Source: an uncultured Acidobacteriota bacterium (lineage in GTDB: Bacteria > Acidobacteriota > Terriglobia > UBA7540). From it: a stretch of DNA of 64,000 nt. The notes beneath the pieces were generated by a model. It was not told where the DNA came from. It did no database searches and worked only from the letters and a program-made list of their open reading frames with translations. A program made the translations under genes and the position numbers. Each line of letters opens with the position of its first letter. Position 1 is the first letter of the stretch. The stretch is taken from the NCBI GenBank assembly GCA_963825395.1, contig CAWGTQ010000016.1:388269-452268 (forward strand). Reading direction: 5' to 3'. Of this stretch, positions 21,321-30,925 are shown piece after piece.

Positions 21321-22536
21321 CGAGCCCGCTGCGGCGGTGAGCGAGTTCGACCGCGGCTATTACGGCTGGCGCGTGGTGCTGGCGGCGTGCCTTGGCGTGA
21401 TGGTGGGGTTTGGTTCACTGTATGTTTACACGTTCGGCGTCTTCATGAAACCCCTGAGCGCCGAATTCGGCTGGAGCCGTGAGGCCATTTCGCGCGGCTT
21501 CGGCCTCGCCGCCCTCTCGATGGCGGTGGGCTCACCCATCATCGGCACATGGCTTGACCGCTACGGGCCGCGCCGGATCATCCTTCCCTGCCTCGCGGTC
21601 TACGGTTGTGGCATCGCCTCGCTGGCCCTGTTGCGCCCGCACCTGTGGCAGTTTTATGCCACCTGTATTCTGCTGGGCGCAGTGGGCAATGGGGCGGCGC
21701 ACTTGGCCTATTCGCGCGCCATCTCCACTTGGTTTCACCAGCATTTAGGTATGGCCCTGGCATTGGTTATGGCGGGAGCAGGATTGGGCTCCATGATCCT
21801 TCCCTTCTTGGCCCAGACGATCATTAGCCGGGCGGGTTGGCGTGCGGCGTATCTATCCCTTGGGGGCCTGGCCTTGGTGGTGGGGCTGCCCTTGACCTGG
21901 CGTTATATCCACGAGCGCATGTCCGTAGAAGACGATTCGCCCGCGGCGCTCCTCTCGGGCCCTACCTGGCAGCAGGGACTGCGCTCATCTCCTTTTTGGA
22001 TCATCGTGGCCGTCCTCTTTGTGAGTTCGGTGAGCATGAACGGAACGATTACCCATCTGGCGGCATTGCTGACGGACCGAGGCATCACCCCCGGTGGCGC
22101 GGCGCTGAGCGCTTCCCTGCTTGGCGGCTCGAGTCTGGCGGGACGGCTGGCGGTAGGCTGGGCCCTGGACCGCTTTTTCGGAGCCCGCGTTGCTTGCGTG
22201 GTTTATCTGATCACCGCCGGAGGGATCCTCATGCTCGCTCGTGCCGGCACTCTCTTCGTGGGCTGCGTAGCTGCGGGGCTCATCGGAGTCGGGGCGGGCG
22301 GCGAGGCGGACATCACTCCCTATCTGCTAACCCGCTACTTCGGTGTGCACGCCTTCTCCACTCTTTACGGGATCACCTGGACTTTCTATGCCATCGCGGG
22401 CGCGATAGGTCCGGTAATTTTAGGGCGGGCATTTGACTCTACAGGGTCGTATACCTCGCTACTTACTCTCCTTGCCGTTACCGTGGTCCTCGCGGGCGCC
22501 CTGATGCTCCTCCTGCCACGTTACTCGAGCAAGTAG
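21301..22536 (+). CDS. MFS transporter (oxalate/formate antiporter-like)
   Basis: The ATG at 21301 overlaps the end of the AhpD-like gene by 20 nt. About 12 hydrophobic segments are visible, and the N-terminus GWRVVLAACLGVMVGFG is typical of the family. Confidence 0.8.
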   Translation: MVITLNNEPAAAVSEFDRGYYGWRVVLAACLGVMVGFGSLYVYTFGVFMKPLSAEFGWSREAISRGFGLAALSMAVGSPIIGTWLDRYGPRRIILPCLAVYGCGIASLALLRPHLWQFYATCILLGAVGNGAAHLAYSRAISTWFHQHLGMALALVMAGAGLGSMILPFLAQTIISRAGWRAAYLSLGGLALVVGLPLTWRYIHERMSVEDDSPAALLSGPTWQQGLRSSPFWIIVAVLFVSSVSMNGTITHLAALLTDRGITPGGAALSASLLGGSSLAGRLAVGWALDRFFGARVACVVYLITAGGILMLARAGTLFVGCVAAGLIGVGAGGEADITPYLLTRYFGVHAFSTLYGITWTFYAIAGAIGPVILGRAFDSTGSYTSLLTLLAVTVVLAGALMLLLPRYSSK

Positions 22537-22559
22537 CGCGGACCTGCGGTTCAAGGTCC

Positions 22560-22625
22560 GCGGCTTTTCACCCGGAATGACGCAATCAGGTTCAAATCTG
22601 CCTGCGCGCATCGAAGTTGTAGCGC
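22560..22625 (+). repeat. 66-nt direct repeat, copy 1, left flank of mazEF
   Basis: gcggcttttcacccggaatgacgcaatcaggttcaaatctgcctgcgcgcatcgaagttgtagcgc differs from copy 2 at only 3 positions. It is preceded by a half REP-A at 22534-22563. Confidence 0.75.
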
Positions 22626-22656
22626 AAGATGTTATATTGGAATATAATCGAAAGGA

Positions 22657-22920
22657 ATGGCTATGCACACAACCAATCTGCGCAAGGTCGGCGGCTCGGT
22701 CATGCTGGCGGTACCGCGCGCCGTGCTCAGCGTCCTGGGCTTGCGGGCGGGAACAAAGGTCGGCATTGTTATCGAACGCGGCCGGCTAGTGGTGGAGCCC
22801 CCAAAACGGCCCCGCTACACCCTCGACGAACTGCTCGCCCAGTGCGACTCCAAGGCCCGCCGCACGAAAGAGGAGCGGGAATGGCTGGATAGCAAGCCTG
22901 TGGGCCGGGAGCTGATCTGA
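22657..22920 (+). CDS. mazE: AbrB/MazE/PemI family antitoxin
   Basis: This 87-aa protein has a SpoVT/AbrB-like N-terminus (LRKVGGSVMLAVPRAVL) and an acidic C-terminus. Its stop overlaps the toxin start (ATGA at 22917-22922). Confidence 0.8.
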   Translation: MAMHTTNLRKVGGSVMLAVPRAVLSVLGLRAGTKVGIVIERGRLVVEPPKRPRYTLDELLAQCDSKARRTKEEREWLDSKPVGRELI

Positions 22921-23252
22921 TGAGGCGTGGCGAAATCTGGGTGGTGGGCCTTGATCCTGCCGAAGGACACGAGCAAAAGGGCCGACGCCCTGTCTTGGTC
23001 ATCTCCCCCGATGCCTTTAACCAGGTCACCAAGGTGCCCGTGGTTCTCCCCATTACCAGCGGCGGGAATTTCGCGCGGACCGCCGGATTTGCGGTATCTC
23101 TGACCGGCGCCGGTACTAAAACCACCGGCGTTGTCCGTTGCGACCAGCCCCGCGCGCTGGATCTCGGCGCGCGCAACGGCAGAAAGCTGGAAAACGTACC
23201 CGATGCGATTATGGACGAGGTTTTGGCGAAGGTAGCGACAATTCTTGAGTGA
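22920..23252 (+). CDS. mazF: MazF/PemK family endoribonuclease toxin
   Basis: This 110-aa protein carries RRGEIWVVGLDPAEGHEQKGRRPVLVISPDAFN and VVLPITS, which is the typical PemK fold signature. Confidence 0.85.
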   Translation: MRRGEIWVVGLDPAEGHEQKGRRPVLVISPDAFNQVTKVPVVLPITSGGNFARTAGFAVSLTGAGTKTTGVVRCDQPRALDLGARNGRKLENVPDAIMDEVLAKVATILE

Positions 23253-23331
23253 GTCAGATATGCTGTTTCAATTAGCTCAGGAAGATGCCGATACCGCGGA
23301 CCGCAGTGAAACGCGTATTCTTCGTTCCTCA

Positions 23332-23397
23332 GCGGCTTTTCATCCGGAATGACGCAATGAGGTTCAAATCCGCCTGCGCGCATCGAAGTTGTAGCGC
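23332..23397 (+). repeat. 66-nt direct repeat, copy 2, right flank of mazEF
   Basis: It reads gcggcttttcatccggaatgacgcaatgaggttcaaatccgcctgcgcgcatcgaagttgtagcgc and merges into a full REP-A. Confidence 0.75.
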
Positions 23398-23471
23398 GTC
23401 CTGTTCTGTAGGTCCGCGGCTCGTTCCCTAAATGCAAGGAAAGGCCGCGCACCTACAGAACAGGTGGCCAC
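23391..23471. repeat. REP-A palindromic element
   Basis: It reads gtagcgcgtcctgttctgtaggtccgcggc ... gccgcgcacctacagaacaggtggccac. Confidence 0.75.
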
Positions 23472-23503
23472 ACCTCCTATTTTTTGAGGCGTCTCCAAGG
23501 GCC

Positions 23504-24055
23504 TTACGCGCTGGCGGCCTTCCAACCGGAGCGCTGGCGCAGGCCGGTGATGTGGGCCACATGATGCTTCCCGTGCCAGGCGTACATGGCCAGGTGTCTC
23601 TCCAATGTCTCCCGTCCCCGCTCGGGGTGCTTCAGGGTGCGCGAAAAATCCTCCGGCTTCAGCGAGCGGAGCAGTATCCCCCAGCGTTGGTGCAGAAGGT
23701 CGACCAGGGCTAAGGAAAGTTCGGCGGGCGCCGTGCGCGCGTCGCTCAAATTCGCCCAGAGTTTTTCGTCATAGGCCTTAATGGTGGGTTCGTCCTCGGT
23801 GAGCGCCAGGCGATTGCGCACGTAGGAGTTCATGTGGCTGTCCGCGAGGTGATGCACCACTTGGCGGACGGTCCAGCCGCCGGGCCGGTAAGGTGTATCG
23901 AGTTGCGCCTCCGTAAGCCCCGCGACGGCCGCACGCAGCCGCGCCGGCAACTCTTCGATGTCGGCAAGCCACTCCTGGCGCTCCGCCTCGCTTGCCAGCA
24001 AGCCTTCACCCGTGCGGTTCCACGCAAACTTTCCGATCGGATATTGCAGGTCCAT
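23504..24055 (-). CDS. DinB/YfiT-like putative metal-dependent hydrolase
   Basis: The internal ATG at 24055 gives MDLQYPIGKF. The His triad context (VVHHLADSHMN, YAWHGKHHVAHI) is typical of YfiT/DinB. Confidence 0.75.
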   Translation of the reverse strand: MDLQYPIGKFAWNRTGEGLLASEAERQEWLADIEELPARLRAAVAGLTEAQLDTPYRPGGWTVRQVVHHLADSHMNSYVRNRLALTEDEPTIKAYDEKLWANLSDARTAPAELSLALVDLLHQRWGILLRSLKPEDFSRTLKHPERGRETLERHLAMYAWHGKHHVAHITGLRQRSGWKAASA

Positions 24056-24110
24056 TGCTTTCCTCCGGTAACACGAGTTTCCATCCTCTTGTCGAGGATC
24101 GACGAAAAGA

Positions 24111-24244
24111 TTCACCACAGAGGGCACAGAGAGCACAGAGAAAAGGACTTCTGCTCGCACGGGGAATAAATACGGTTGACCCACAATTTGTTCTCTGCGT
24201 CTGTTCTCCGTGACCTCTGTGACCCCTGTGACCTCTGTGGTGAA
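24111..24244. repeat. CACAGAG-type palindromic element
   Basis: The left arm ttcaccacagagggcacagagagcacagagaa (24111-24142) is inverted in ttctctgcg...gtgacctctgtggtgaa (24191-24244). Confidence 0.7.
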
Positions 24245-24264
24245 ATCCTTCTTGCATTATGGCT

Positions 24265-24331
24265 AAGGTCCGCGACTCGTTCCCTACGGGGGAAGGAAAG
24301 GCCGCGGACCTACAGAACAGGTCCGCGCTAC
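24265..24331. repeat. REP-A element (left arm truncated)
   Basis: It reads aaggtccgcgactcgttccc...ggccgcggacctacagaacaggtccgcgctac. Confidence 0.7.
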
Positions 24332-24383
24332 AATTGCTTCCGGCAAGCCCCATCGAGTATCCAAGCGCGGTGAAGAATTCGCG

Positions 24384-25448
24384 TTATTCCTTGCGTGCAA
24401 CGAGCAGTTGCGCGCCGCCGTGGCCCCGGAAAAGTTCCAAAGATTCTTCGGGTATTCCCGCCTCGCGGGCGAGAGGCTCATAGTCGGGCCGCTCCAGGTA
24501 TGCATCAACAAATCCTGCCGTTCGCGCCAGCTCTTCCAGTTCGTGGTCCTCGTAACAATGCAGCCGCGACGCCATAGGCTCCGGCGCGGCGGGCGTGCCG
24601 AGAAGTTCCTTAGTGCCGGTAAAGAGTACAAAGCGCCCTCCAGTCGCGAGCGCTCGGCGAATCTCGGAGAGTGCTCTCAGAGGATTGGCAATGAAACCAA
24701 AAACCCCGGTCATCACGGCGCAGGTGAAAATCCCATCAGGGTAAGGCAGGGAACCGGCGTCACCCTCGCGAATTTCCAGCCTGTTCTGTTGGATCGCCCC
24801 GTGGTTGACCTCGCGAGCCAGTCTGACCATGTCGGGACTATGATCGATGGCTGCCGCTTTGCAACCGCTTTTCAGTGCGTCCTGCAAGAATGCCCCGCCT
24901 CCACAGCCGACCTCGAGTAAGTAGTCGCTGGGTTTTAGCCCCAGTACGGCCAGTATGGCTTTGAAGTTGGGGCGATGGTAGAGGGGGTCGCGATAGGTTG
25001 CGCGTGCATTTGGCCCCGAGGGGCGCCGCGCTCTGCGATCGGTGATCCAATCGCCCAAGCGGCTTGGTCCCATGGCGCTGAGGAGCGGGGCGGCAACCTC
25101 GCTCGCGAACCAGCCGGCCAGCTCATTCCCCTGGTCTCCCACCAGATTGCCCCACTCCTGGTGCTCCAGAGTCACCCGCGTGCCCTCCCCGACAGGTTCG
25201 AACCGCACCTCCAACGACGTTTTTTCCGCGGGCTGCCAGTTGGCCGCATGCCACTCGAGCACGATGGTTTCTGGCGGTTGCCAGCGGACTACATGCCCTA
25301 CTTCCAGAGCACCTTCCATCACGCGGCCGTCCGCTCCGGGCTGGAATTGCATCCCACGTTGCGCGAGCGAACTCGACAATTCCTCAACGAATCCCTCGAA
25401 GGCCGAGAGTCGGTCAAGTTTCAAATCGACGCTGGTGCGAACGCTCAT
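24384..25448 (-). CDS. SRPBCC-domain / class I SAM-dependent methyltransferase fusion protein
   Basis: The internal ATG is at 25448. The N-terminal half is AHSA1/SRPBCC-like. The C-terminal half carries the SAM motif I (LLEVGCGGGAF) and GGRFVLF. Confidence 0.75.
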   Translation of the reverse strand: MSVRTSVDLKLDRLSAFEGFVEELSSSLAQRGMQFQPGADGRVMEGALEVGHVVRWQPPETIVLEWHAANWQPAEKTSLEVRFEPVGEGTRVTLEHQEWGNLVGDQGNELAGWFASEVAAPLLSAMGPSRLGDWITDRRARRPSGPNARATYRDPLYHRPNFKAILAVLGLKPSDYLLEVGCGGGAFLQDALKSGCKAAAIDHSPDMVRLAREVNHGAIQQNRLEIREGDAGSLPYPDGIFTCAVMTGVFGFIANPLRALSEIRRALATGGRFVLFTGTKELLGTPAAPEPMASRLHCYEDHELEELARTAGFVDAYLERPDYEPLAREAGIPEESLELFRGHGGAQLLVARKE

Positions 25449-25511
25449 TTTTCTCACCCTCACTGGCGAAAAGTGAATGATCCTGTGCTGCACACAGCTT
25501 GTTAAGGCAGG

Positions 25512-25594
25512 GTAGTGCGACCTGTTCTGTAGGTCCGCGGCTTTTCCTTGCCCATAGGATACGAGCCGCGGACCTACAGAACAGGTCGCGCTAC
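25512..25594. repeat. REP-A element, best-preserved copy
   Basis: It reads gtagtgcgacctgttctgtaggtccgcggc-ttttccttgcccataggatacga-gccgcggacctacagaacaggtcgcgctac. Confidence 0.8.
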
Positions 25595-25667
25595 ACCAGT
25601 TCCCAAGCTTCGCACGGGACGCCGGCATCCGTTTGCGGACGGCGACACAACCGGGGCTGGCATGGCA

Positions 25668-28600
25668 TCAGCGCGGCCCGGAACTGAGCGAAGAGGCTCC
25701 AAAACTGACTGTGCCGGTTAATCCCTTTGAGATCTTTTCCGCTGGCCGGGTCAATTCGGCCTCCATCCCCAGCAGCTTGAGCCGGCTCAGCCAGGGGAGC
25801 AGAAATGAAACCACCAGGAGGCCGAGCAGAACCGGCGTGAGCGTCTCGATTATCCCCGTAGTAATCTTGCTTGTGAAAAAATACAGGTTCCAAATGGTGG
25901 CGAGCATCACCACACAAATAGCGCCCAGCAAAATGCCACCGTAAAGGCCTCCTTGGATAAGCCCGCTGGACAGCAGGGCCCTGACGCGCCGACTGTTTTG
26001 TTCGGCATCGAAGTGGAGCGGGTCCAGATCCAGGCATTTGCCGAAATGTCTCAGTGCGCTACGGTAGTCCTGCTGCTTGAAGCGAACAATGCCAGCGTAG
26101 AAATACGGCGCAGGGTCTCGCGGCTTCAGGTGGATGGCGGTGGCGACCTCTTTGTAAGCCTCCTCATAAAGGTCGGCCTCCTCGTTCTTATCGCCCATCT
26201 CTGTTAGCAATTGGCAAAGGGTCAAATGAAGCTGCCATCGCCTTGATTCATCATGCTGGCAAATGGCTTTCCGCAGCAGTCGAGCCGCATCCGTAAATTC
26301 TCCGCCTCGCATCAGGGCGATGGCAAGCGCGCGAGGCGGATCCTCACTATTGGGATTGGCGGCCATGCCTTCACGGAACATACGGATCGCCTGTTTTGCC
26401 CGGTCGGTCTGCAGATACAAGTTGCCCAGTTCCAAACGAACTTGGGCATCGGTTTTATCGATCTGGCAAGCATTGACGAGGATCTTTTCTGCCTCATCAT
26501 AGCGACCCATCTGCACATAGAGGGCGCCCAGGTCGGCATAATTGCCTTCTTTTGGACTCAGGCGGATGGACGACTTGAGGAAGTCTTCGGACTCCATGGG
26601 CCTCCGCCTTTTGAAGGCAATGACGCCGAGGCAACCGTAAGCTTTGCCGAAATTGGGATCCAATTCCAGAGCCTTGCGACAGTGCTCCTCAGCCTCGCGG
26701 AGGCGCTCTTCCGCCGCCGAGGGTTCGTTGCGCGACCGCCACGCAAGCGCCTCCCCGATCATCGCCCGCCAAGTGGGCATCTCGTTCGCCACCACGGCAG
26801 GAGGCAATTCCGCCGTCTGGCGAACCAACGCCCAACTGAGGTTGACGTGAAGCGCGACATTATTCGGCTCGAAGCCCAACGCCTTGCGGAAATACTCCTC
26901 TGCCTCTTCGTAACTCCCTTGATTGAAATATAGGGCGCCCATGCTGTTGATGCCGGTTACGTTGGTGGGGTCGGCCTTGAAAATGGCCTCGAATTCCTGG
27001 CGAGCACGGATCCAATCGTTCTGGCCGAGGTAGAACCATCCGAGCCGGCCCCAAACCTCCTTATCGTCGGGGCGGGCGGCTCGCAACTGTTGCAGCACTT
27101 CCAGAGCTTGATAGGAGCGGTCCAGGCGGGTTAGAGTGTCTGCCCGGTCGAAGTGGGCCTCGAGATAGCTGGGGTCAACTTCGACGGCCTTGGCGAACCA
27201 TTCTTCGGCTTTCTCGTATTCGTCCCGGTCATAATGCAGCAAGCCGCGCAGGTACATGATTCGAGCGTTGCGGGGAAGCCATTGCAGCGCCTCCGTAATC
27301 GCCTTCTCCATTTCCTCGGGCTTCCGCAGCGCCCGAAGCGCCCTGATCTTCCATTCGCGCGCATCCACGTCTTCAGGTCGGAGGTCCAGAGCTTGGTCAA
27401 ATACTTTAACCGCCTGCGTGTATTGCGTCTGATCGAAGAGCAGCCAGGCGCTTTCAATCAGGATGGGCACATTATTGGGAAGCCGGTCGATAGCCTCCTG
27501 GATCGCCGCTCCGGCCTCGGGAAACCGCCGCAGTAAGCGCAGCGACATGCTCCTCATTCGAAGGGCGTATTCATCGTTGGGATCAACCTTCAACGACTGG
27601 TCAAAGGTCTGGGCAGCCTGCTCGTATTGCTTTAAGTCGTAATGCAACCAGCCGCGTTGGTTCAGAATCTTGACATTTCCAGTAATATGCCGAAGGCCCG
27701 CGTCGAGGAGCTTCCCGGCATCGTCAGGACGCCCGTGAACCTGCAACCGATTACCCTCGCTCACCAGGAGATCTGCGGCGTGGGCCTCGATGAAAGCTTT
27801 GGCCGCCTCGTCATATCGCTTCTGATGGCAACGGATCAAGGCGAGGTCGGTCCGCAGACCTCTTTCCTTTGGCTGGGAGGCGAGCGCTTTGCTAAGAACC
27901 TCGGCGGCCTTGTCGAATTCCCCTTGTAGCTTGAAGCAGTCGGCCTTCATCCGGAGAGCCGTCAAGTCGTCGGGATTAGCGGCAAGCGTCCGGTCAAGTA
28001 CCGCAATGGCCTTGTCGTATAGTTTCAGGTCCCGGAGTTTTCCGGCGAGCTTGTTCAAGATTCCCGCATGATGGGGAAGCCGCTTAAGCGCAGCCTCAGC
28101 CAAGTGCTCGGGGGTGGGAAGGTTGGTGCCGAGAATCGCATTTTCGAGCTCTTCCAAACCATGGGCCGCGAGGAAGTCATCGACTGCATCCGCATACCGA
28201 TCCTGCTCGAGGTGCAGCCACGCGCGCCCAATAAGGACTCCCGGGGTCAGCCGGAGCGTCTCCGGCATGCTCGCGAGCGCTTTCTCGCCTTCCGCGAAAC
28301 GTCCCAATTTGCCTAAAGCCTTGATCTTTCCTCCCCACGCTCCTTGGTTGGCCTGATCGACCTGCAAAGTGCGGTCATAAGCTGCCATGGCTTTCTCATA
28401 TTGCCCATGCTGGCTGTACAAGTCCCCGCACGCGTTCAGTAACCCAGGATACCGGGGGAGCCGGAGGAGAATTGCCTCCATCAACAGGTCGGTTTCGCGA
28501 GGGGGATTCGACTTCAGCGCCTCCCTCAATGCGCCCTCGTCATCGGCCTCTACGAATGCCTCCACCGCTTCGTCATATCGGCCCTTCCCAAGGTACAGCC

Positions 28601-29057
28601 AGCCGCGCTCGGTCAGCACTTCGGGGTTTGTGGTGAGCGCTTCGGGCGCCGCGGCCGCCACTTTCTCCCCTTCATCCCACCGTTGCAGCAGGCGCAGACA
28701 CTTGATCTTTCCTGCCAGGGCTTGAACATTTCCGGGGTCCACACCCAGCGCCCGCTCATAAGTCTGAAGCGCTTTGCCGAAGTTTTTTTGCGCATGATAA
28801 AGATGGGCTTGCTCGGTGATAATCGGCAGATTATTGGGATAATGAAAGAGGGCTCTATTCAGTACGCGCTGCGCTTCGTCGTATTCGCGTTGTTTTCGCA
28901 GGCAGAAGGCGCGGCCAAGAAGCGCCACAATGTTCCGTCCATCCAGATCGAGAGCCCGATTGAAGGCCTGGTCGGCCTCTTTGAACCGGCGGGCCGCGAA
29001 GTGCTCCTGCCCTTGCTCGAGCAGAGCGAGCAGAGCGCCTTGGTCTTCCGCTGCCAT
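25668..29057 (-). CDS. giant TPR-repeat protein with C-terminal transmembrane anchor
   Basis: The ATG at 29057 follows GGAGGA. About 1129 aa consist almost entirely of TPR-like 34-mers (A..F..AL..DP.N). The last ~110 aa contain two hydrophobic helices (GGILLGAICVVMLATIW and LTPVLLGLLVVSFLLPW). Confidence 0.8.
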   Translation of the reverse strand: MAAEDQGALLALLEQGQEHFAARRFKEADQAFNRALDLDGRNIVALLGRAFCLRKQREYDEAQRVLNRALFHYPNNLPIITEQAHLYHAQKNFGKALQTYERALGVDPGNVQALAGKIKCLRLLQRWDEGEKVAAAAPEALTTNPEVLTERGWLYLGKGRYDEAVEAFVEADDEGALREALKSNPPRETDLLMEAILLRLPRYPGLLNACGDLYSQHGQYEKAMAAYDRTLQVDQANQGAWGGKIKALGKLGRFAEGEKALASMPETLRLTPGVLIGRAWLHLEQDRYADAVDDFLAAHGLEELENAILGTNLPTPEHLAEAALKRLPHHAGILNKLAGKLRDLKLYDKAIAVLDRTLAANPDDLTALRMKADCFKLQGEFDKAAEVLSKALASQPKERGLRTDLALIRCHQKRYDEAAKAFIEAHAADLLVSEGNRLQVHGRPDDAGKLLDAGLRHITGNVKILNQRGWLHYDLKQYEQAAQTFDQSLKVDPNDEYALRMRSMSLRLLRRFPEAGAAIQEAIDRLPNNVPILIESAWLLFDQTQYTQAVKVFDQALDLRPEDVDAREWKIRALRALRKPEEMEKAITEALQWLPRNARIMYLRGLLHYDRDEYEKAEEWFAKAVEVDPSYLEAHFDRADTLTRLDRSYQALEVLQQLRAARPDDKEVWGRLGWFYLGQNDWIRARQEFEAIFKADPTNVTGINSMGALYFNQGSYEEAEEYFRKALGFEPNNVALHVNLSWALVRQTAELPPAVVANEMPTWRAMIGEALAWRSRNEPSAAEERLREAEEHCRKALELDPNFGKAYGCLGVIAFKRRRPMESEDFLKSSIRLSPKEGNYADLGALYVQMGRYDEAEKILVNACQIDKTDAQVRLELGNLYLQTDRAKQAIRMFREGMAANPNSEDPPRALAIALMRGGEFTDAARLLRKAICQHDESRRWQLHLTLCQLLTEMGDKNEEADLYEEAYKEVATAIHLKPRDPAPYFYAGIVRFKQQDYRSALRHFGKCLDLDPLHFDAEQNSRRVRALLSSGLIQGGLYGGILLGAICVVMLATIWNLYFFTSKITTGIIETLTPVLLGLLVVSFLLPWLSRLKLLGMEAELTRPAEKISKGLTGTVSFGASSLSSGPR

Positions 29058-29228
29058 CTTTCCTCCAGCCCTGATGAGGTGAGAGACAAGCCGCAAACAC
29101 GCCGCGATGGTCGCCGGCAACCCCGGGAGGGGTGGCGCAATCAAGTATATACCCGCAGCAGGGGGTGCACAATTACCCGGCAAATCGGGGGTGTGCGACA
29201 TGAAAGTGAAAGCAATTACCCTTCGGAC

Positions 29229-29327
29229 GTAGCGCGGGCGTCCCGCCCGCTGGGGCGTGGGCATCCTGCCCGCGTCATTCGCGCGAGCGGGACGCTCCCG
29301 CGACAGCCGGCGAGACGCCCGCGCTAC
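29229..29327. repeat. REP-F palindromic element
   Basis: It reads gtagcgcgggcgtcccgcccgc ... ggcgagacgcccgcgctac. It lies inside the spurious N-terminal extension of the TPR ORF. Confidence 0.65.
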
Positions 29328-29524
29328 AGCGTTTTCCGCCCGTTTCCGGGAAAGTCCAAAGTCTTTCACTTTTATGTCGCGCACCCCAAATCGGGAGTGC
29401 GTCAGCGTGACGAAGAGGCGGCTTTGCGCCGCCACATGGAAATCAAACCGCCCTCTCCGGGGGGAGAGGGTGGCGGCCATGCGCCGCCGGGTGAGGGGTC
29501 ACTTCGCCGGCCCATAACCACTTG

Positions 29525-29600
29525 GTTGCGGCTCCGCCGCTCTGCGCTACCCGCTTCCAATCTCCTGGTGAGAAATCCGCTCTGGCAGAGTGGGTAGCGC
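29525..29600. repeat. partial third copy of the composite repeat seen at 30330 and 31549
   Basis: ttgcggctccgccgctctgcgctacccgcttccaatctcctggtgagaaatcc matches the 3' part of both larger copies. Confidence 0.6.
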
Positions 29601-29758
29601 AGACGTACGCGTTCTTTGCGTTCGTCTGCGGCTCTTCATGGGTCCATGGGATTTCATGTTTGGATGCTAATATCAGGGTTGATGTTTCCATGTTAAGAAC
29701 CGAGGAGGAAGCCAGACGGCGGCTACCTCCGCGCTGCCCGCTCTTCCCTTGGGTTCCG

Positions 29759-30313
29759 TTATTGCTTGAATTCTGGTGCCGTCGTATCCGGCATGAGCTC
29801 CGTGTTGACGTCCTTGACCGACTTTATCACCAGGATAAGCCTAACGCCGACGGGGTATTGTGGCTCGGACCTGAATCGACCAATGATTGTTACGTGGACT
29901 TTGTATTTTCGGACGCCGCAGTCGAGGCAGCCCCAGCCGGGAGGTAGCCGGTAGGGCCACCTTTCATCTTTGAGACGCGTCATTTCCTTGAAACGAGCAT
30001 CCTCCTTGGTCGCGAAGCCGTTCAGCCGCTCACCCTCCTGACCTACTGAGTAATCGATGCGGATTCCCTCTGGGCCCCCTTGGCAATCTCCGACAAGGCT
30101 GTAATTCTCAAAATTTACGTTGATCCAACCCCGTACTTTGACCATTTTCCCGTCGTATTTCTTCCAATTCTCGCTTAACATGCAGGGATCCACGGAATGG
30201 GCGCGCGGGTAAGCCAGCGTTGCCGAAAGGCTAAAGCTGAAACCTACAAGAAGTGCCCACATGAGGGCTTTGGGGACGTTCGGTCGCTCACGGGATCGAG
30301 TTGATTTGATCAC
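29759..30313 (-). CDS. hypothetical exported protein
   Basis: This 184-aa ORF has a signal-peptide-like segment (ALMWALLVGFSFSLSATLA) and several Cys residues. I recognise no family. Repeats flank it. Confidence 0.5.
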   Translation of the reverse strand: MIKSTRSRERPNVPKALMWALLVGFSFSLSATLAYPRAHSVDPCMLSENWKKYDGKMVKVRGWINVNFENYSLVGDCQGGPEGIRIDYSVGQEGERLNGFATKEDARFKEMTRLKDERWPYRLPPGWGCLDCGVRKYKVHVTIIGRFRSEPQYPVGVRLILVIKSVKDVNTELMPDTTAPEFKQ

Positions 30314-30329
30314 GCCTCACATCTCTTTC

Positions 30330-30605
30330 GCGGGCTGGCGCAGAGACGCTTTTCAATCTCTGCGTCTATACTCTGGCTAGTGTGGGGGAGACGCAGACTC
30401 CTACCAGCACGGAGTCTGCGCCAGCCCCGCGTGTTTTTTTAGCAAACGTTTTGCACGTAATGTAGGGCTGAACGGCGTCCGGCCCGCAAGCACCAGCGAA
30501 CGTAGCGCTGACCTTGAGGTCAGCACGTGCCGACCTCAAGGTCGGCGCTACAATTTCCTTGCGGCTCCGCCGCGCTGCGCTACCCGCTTCCAATCTCCTG
30601 GTGAG
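30330..30605. repeat. composite ~250-nt repeat, copy A (contains a REP-B at 30502-30551)
   Basis: cgggctggcgcagagacgcttttcaatctctgcgtcta...gctacccgcttccaatctcctggtgag is collinear with copy B, apart from a ~45-nt extra segment. Confidence 0.75.
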
Positions 30606-30649
30606 TAGCAGGTAGCCACGGTCAGCGCTTTTCTGACCGTGGTCTTTTC

Positions 30650-30925
30650 CCATGCGCGATACCCTGGCGGCAGGCGCACGTAATCAATCTGGACGGGGCA
30701 CGCCGGCACCGTCGGCTTCTCCAGGGCAAAATTGTTGTAACTCGACCACCTCCATTCTTCAGGCCGCTTCACGAGCCCCTTCTTAAGCAGAAACCCCAGA
30801 CGCTGCCGCGAAGCCTCCAGCACCTCGATGAGCAAAGCATACTCCGATTCCTTGCATCGCCGAAAGCGCCGACGGAGATGCACACGGACAAAGAAGATCA
30901 CGTCCGTGTGTCGTAGGCGATGCAC
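30650..30925 (-). pseudogene. C-terminal fragment of an IS200-like/COG1943 Y1 (HUH) transposase
   Basis: The translation contains the typical C-terminal signature GLVKRPEEWRWSSY. No HUH or catalytic N-terminal part lies upstream, and the ORF tail runs into the repeat. Confidence 0.6.

Noticed and set aside
22575-22610. tRNA-like GGTTCAAATC motif in the repeats flanking mazEF (also 23350-23385).
   Set aside because: The flanking bases cannot form a T-arm or acceptor stem, and no cloverleaf can be drawn. I treat it as part of a dispersed or direct repeat, not a tRNA or tRNA-Sec gene.
29058-29480. 141-aa N-terminal extension of the TPR ORF (track start 29480).
   Set aside because: The extension runs through REP-F (29229-29327) and other repeat sequence. 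The internal ATG at 29057 has a GGAGGA RBS, and TPR homology begins there.
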